Below are positions 27,281-30,370 of a stretch of DNA of 30,370 nucleotides, one piece after another. The DNA is from a virus (Duplodnaviria > Caudoviricetes): IMG/VR virus record IMGVR_UViG_3300038492_000247, positions 1 to 30,370 of that record; one strand, written 5' to 3'. How positions within the stretch are numbered: the stretch's first letter is position 1; the number at the start of each line of letters is the position of its first letter. The translations under genes and the position numbers were made by a program. The notes beneath the pieces are model-generated. The model was not told the origin of the DNA. It worked only from the letters and a program-made list of their open reading frames with translations, and did not search any database.

Positions 27281-28092
27281 TTCACTACCTCGTCCACTCT
27301 CGGGTCCCAGTAGGGAGCCACCTGACGGTTATCCAACTCGAACGGATTCCAGTGTGCGTCGTACCGAAACGTGTCCTTCTTGTTCGCAGACCACCAACGG
27401 ACCGGCACTTCGCAGTAGTTCATCAGATGTAGAGGGCCACTGGAAGGTCCGAGACCGAGGCGGCATTTCGAAATTTCGGACACGACCTGCTCGATCGTCA
27501 TCCCACGGAGGTCATCCGTTCCTTTCGGAGCCAGCGATTGGTTTGGGGAACCAATCGCTATCACGCGCTTGCAATTCATCTTCGAGATCAGCTTCTCCCA
27601 CTTGTAAAGCGGCCAGTTTCTTTCAGGTTGCTTGTTCTTGCAGTTCCTGGCGTGGATACAGATCCAGTCTTCTTTCGGAAAGTAAGGATCCCCGTATGGC
27701 TTGCCATACGGACGATGCTGAGCACGCATGACCTTCGGTGGCTGACCCTGCGGCCACTGGTATTGCAACTGATGCGGAGTGATTGTGTCCTTCTTGACAG
27801 GCTTGAACGACGCGCGGAGCGTGTTGTGCGCGATCTTGTAGTAGTCATCAGCACTCAACTTGCCATGGTTGTTCGCGAAAGCATTCTGGCAATCCACCGT
27901 TCGGATCTGAAACGAGTGTTTAGCTGGGCGAACAGAGTCAGAGAAGTCCTCATAGAGGTGCTCGTGCCCCTTCCGACACAGTGAGATGAAGTCCTGGGAC
28001 TGGTAGTGGTTGTGCCGCATCCACCGAAGCCACGGCACCCACATCGCGATCTCCCAACCAAACTCACCAAGGAATGGGGCGGCGACGATCAT
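27262..28092 (-). CDS. GT9 (heptosyltransferase)-like glycosyltransferase
   Basis: ICIHAR..RNWPLYKWEKL..DLRG..LGPSSGPLHL..CEVP matches the GT9 C-terminal signature; N-terminal GEFGWE. Confidence 0.8.
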   Translation of the reverse strand: MIVAAPFLGEFGWEIAMWVPWLRWMRHNHYQSQDFISLCRKGHEHLYEDFSDSVRPAKHSFQIRTVDCQNAFANNHGKLSADDYYKIAHNTLRASFKPVKKDTITPHQLQYQWPQGQPPKVMRAQHRPYGKPYGDPYFPKEDWICIHARNCKNKQPERNWPLYKWEKLISKMNCKRVIAIGSPNQSLAPKGTDDLRGMTIEQVVSEISKCRLGLGPSSGPLHLMNYCEVPVRWWSANKKDTFRYDAHWNPFELDNRQVAPYWDPRVDEVVKCLPGT

Positions 28093-28409
28093 TTGTCCAA
28101 CGGCTGCCCAGTCGTTTTGATGGCAACCTTGTTGAACGCTGTCATGATAGCATCGAGGTGACTCTCCAATAAGTGTGCAACCTGAAACACGACCCCATCA
28201 ACCACCCTTGCCAGATCCTCAGCCGACAACGTAAATTGGATCTGAGGGTTGTGCATCACCACCGGAGACTGAGGTTGCGTTGCAGCCTGGCGTGCGCGGT
28301 GCTCTTGGATCAAGCGTAGCTCATCAGCGGTGATCTGAGCGTTCGGAGGAAGGGGGGATTGGCTGTTGTCAGTCATCGACATGTTCCAGGTCGTCGGGTT
28401 TGGCGTCAT
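28089..28409 (-). CDS. Hypothetical protein
   Basis: Fills the gap with an ATGA overlap downstream; start uncertain (28409, 28382 or 28376). Confidence 0.6.
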   Translation of the reverse strand: MTPNPTTWNMSMTDNSQSPLPPNAQITADELRLIQEHRARQAATQPQSPVVMHNPQIQFTLSAEDLARVVDGVVFQVAHLLESHLDAIMTAFNKVAIKTTGQPLDK

Positions 28410-29085
28410 GCACCTCGACCTCTAGCTTCTTGATCTCTTCCTTGCGCTTGCGCTGCTTCTCCTGGAGAGCAAGCACCGCCTCGATATCGGCCTTCTTCTC
28501 GTCATCGAACTTCAGCGTGTGCTCCACGCGGTGGATTGCACGATCGACGATACCGAGGTCCTGGAGCTTCTTGACGTAGTCCTTCTCGATGTTCCAGAAG
28601 GTGCGAGCATCGTTCTTCTTCAGGGAGAGCTGCTGCGCGCGTTCCTTGGCCAGCATCATCTGGCCTGCGAGAGTGTTGAGACGAAGACCGACAACCTGGT
28701 CGCCCAAGCTATCCGCGAATTTGGCGTAGATGCGAGCAACGCTAAGCGGTGAGATGTCGAACTCCTGAGCGATCACGTTCGTCGCATAGCCACGCTCACG
28801 GAGGATCGACACGAGGGCCTGTTGCTGCTTCCGGTGAAGCTTCTTGTACCACTCAGCGCGCTTCGACTTTGGCCTCGCAACAGCCTCCGACCAAAGTCGA
28901 ACCCCAAGGTCGTCCAACGTGTACTTTTCGATGATGCCATCGGAGGGTGGGAGTGCGGTGACGCCAGCGTCAACAAGGAGTGATCCGAGTTCGGCTGGGG
29001 TCAGGCCCGCTGCCTCAGCCGCAGCTTCGATGCGCTGCTTCGCATCGTCCTTGGCCAAGGCCGGTGATGGCTTCATTCGTGGCAT
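28369..29085 (-). CDS. HTH protein, candidate terminase small subunit
   Basis: RERGYATNVIAQEFDISPLSVARIY is HTH-like and is followed by helices and a charged tail; upstream of terL with no better terS candidate. Confidence 0.5.
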   Translation of the reverse strand: MPRMKPSPALAKDDAKQRIEAAAEAAGLTPAELGSLLVDAGVTALPPSDGIIEKYTLDDLGVRLWSEAVARPKSKRAEWYKKLHRKQQQALVSILRERGYATNVIAQEFDISPLSVARIYAKFADSLGDQVVGLRLNTLAGQMMLAKERAQQLSLKKNDARTFWNIEKDYVKKLQDLGIVDRAIHRVEHTLKFDDEKKADIEAVLALQEKQRKRKEEIKKLEVEVHDAKPDDLEHVDD

Positions 29086-29101
29086 GAGTCACCAGGGTGA
29101 G

Positions 29102-29542
29102 CTACTCACCATCCACGTTGGCCGGCTCGTTCACAACCTGCTTCGGCTTTCGTTCGAGTTGCACTTTCGTCTCCGTGATCGTCTGAACCCTGAAGATCTC
29201 TACCGCACGGAACAGGATCACCTGCTTACCAGCTAGCTTGTCACCTGACTTTTGCCGTACCCACGTCAGAGCTTTCGCATGTGATTCGAAGCGGGGGACC
29301 TCCGGAATCGGGACTAGGGACCCAGTCGGTAGGTCCGAGTTTTCAGGGGCGATGGAGTAGAGACAGAAGTCGCCTTCACCCTTCCCCATCACGCGATGGC
29401 GGGTGCCGCGATTGGGCACTCGCGCCGGTTGATGCGGATCCTTCTCCTTCCTTGAACGGCGTTTACGGGCGCGGGTGGCTTGAGTCCCTGAAGGGGACGA
29501 AGGCGGGGTGGGGTCGTCGGTGGGTGTCTCGATCTCAGTCAT
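29102..29542 (-). CDS. Hypothetical protein
   Basis: 146-aa ORF co-oriented with the operon; P-rich/basic N-terminus. Confidence 0.65.
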   Translation of the reverse strand: MTEIETPTDDPTPPSSPSGTQATRARKRRSRKEKDPHQPARVPNRGTRHRVMGKGEGDFCLYSIAPENSDLPTGSLVPIPEVPRFESHAKALTWVRQKSGDKLAGKQVILFRAVEIFRVQTITETKVQLERKPKQVVNEPANVDGE

Positions 29543-29559
29543 CTACCGAGATGATGCCA

Positions 29560-30057
29560 TCACTTCTTCCTATCTTCAAGCCACCACCCTTTTGTTCGCT
29601 TCGGGAGTCGCTGTTTCGCCCTTCGGAACTTCCGAGGCTTGACCGCGCCCGGGACCGCCTCCGGATGGGCTCCGGGAGGCGTGTCGTTGACGAAGTCCTT
29701 GTAGATCTTCAGGTCCTCCGCATTGAAGTAGACCTCGGGGTCAGGTGGTGAACCACCTGACTTCACGATGAAGTCCACGTAGGACGCGTATCGATCGTAC
29801 AGCTCAGATGCGTACGTGAGGCGATCGGAGGCGATGCGGGACGGTCGCCCTCGACCCGGGATCTCTGCCTTCCACCTCTCAAACTGAGCCGCCCCTGCCG
29901 GCCTTCCCTCAGCTTGCGAATATTCCAGGGCGTTCAGCAACATTTCAACCCCGGCACCCAGGCCAACCTCCCGCCCAAGGCGCTCGGAAAGGCTGCTGCA
30001 GAATTCTCTCAGCCGTAATTTAGCTTTCGGTCGAATGGAAATCAGATCGTTTGGCAT
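29560..30057 (-). CDS. Hypothetical protein, possible ribbon-helix-helix-like DNA-binding N-terminus
   Basis: LISIRPKAKLRLREF..GAGVEMLL strand-helix-helix pattern; first gene after the non-coding region. Confidence 0.55.
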   Translation of the reverse strand: MPNDLISIRPKAKLRLREFCSSLSERLGREVGLGAGVEMLLNALEYSQAEGRPAGAAQFERWKAEIPGRGRPSRIASDRLTYASELYDRYASYVDFIVKSGGSPPDPEVYFNAEDLKIYKDFVNDTPPGAHPEAVPGAVKPRKFRRAKQRLPKRTKGWWLEDRKK

Positions 30058-30062
30058 AAGCT

Positions 30063-30071
30063 ATACTATCA
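30063..30071 (-). promoter_or_regulatory. Extended -10 promoter, probably giving a leaderless transcript
   Basis: Minus strand reads TG-A-TAGTAT-agctt-ATG(30057); no SD. Confidence 0.5.
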
Positions 30072-30353
30072 CGAGACTTCCCTCGGCGGTATCTCCCCTA
30101 GCAGGAGAATGAGACCACGTTATGGAGAATACCCTATCCTTTTACTTACTTTACTCACCTACATGAAAGATGAGAGAGAGAGAAGTCTCATAGAGATATA
30201 GCTTATTGGGATTACTCTGGCCCGAAAAATATAACGGACTCCCGCAAAATAGCTTACGCCCTAATTCTCCGTAGGGTAAATGGTGGGTTTTCGGTGGAGA
30301 GTGTGGGAGGGCTATATCTTTACTCTCCACAGTATGGGACCCAACCCCAATCG

Positions 30354-30370
30354 GATCGTGACTGGGAAAC
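30354..30370 (-). other. Random-amplification (SISPA Round A/B) primer remnant
   Basis: Terminal GATCGTGACTGGGAAAC is the exact reverse complement of GTTTCCCAGTCACGATC. Confidence 0.92.

Noticed and set aside
72-29751. Numerous plus-strand ORFs, some over 200 aa (e.g. 14867-15652, 15658-16368, 13104-13757)
   Set aside because: They are antisense shadows of well-supported minus-strand genes in GC-rich DNA and show no recognisable motifs.
30354-30370. lacZ/M13 vector contamination
   Set aside because: M13 reads GTCGTGACTGGGAAAAC; this sequence matches the SISPA primer exactly instead, and no other vector sequence is present.
1-30370. tRNA, CRISPR array, integrase, stop-codon reassignment, rho-independent terminators
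   Set aside because: None recognised. Genes are intact in the standard code with all three stops used, and no convincing stem plus U-tract was found.

Overview
A 30.4 kb segment of a GC-rich, podovirus-like tailed dsDNA phage. It is probably a virome contig end, because the last 17 nt match a random-amplification primer. All credible genes lie on the minus strand in one tightly coupled late operon, read right to left: possible leaderless regulator, hypothetical, putative small terminase, glycan-modifying block 1 (GT9-like glycosyltransferase, FkbM methyltransferase, small membrane protein, sulfotransferase, GT2/GT7C glycosyltransferase), large terminase, glycan block 2 (GT2-like, CgeB-type GT, DUF115/Maf-like transferase), portal, scaffold, SU10/DUF5309-type major capsid, two Zn-ribbon proteins, head-tail adaptor, an apparently split tail nozzle with inserted domains, tail fibre and ejection proteins. 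A >1500-aa polyvalent protein with GNAT and HExxH metallopeptidase motifs runs off the left edge and is missing from the ORF track. The most notable system is the seven-enzyme glycosylation/sulfation/methylation cluster interleaved with the packaging genes. All family calls come from motifs recognised by eye; no database searches were run.
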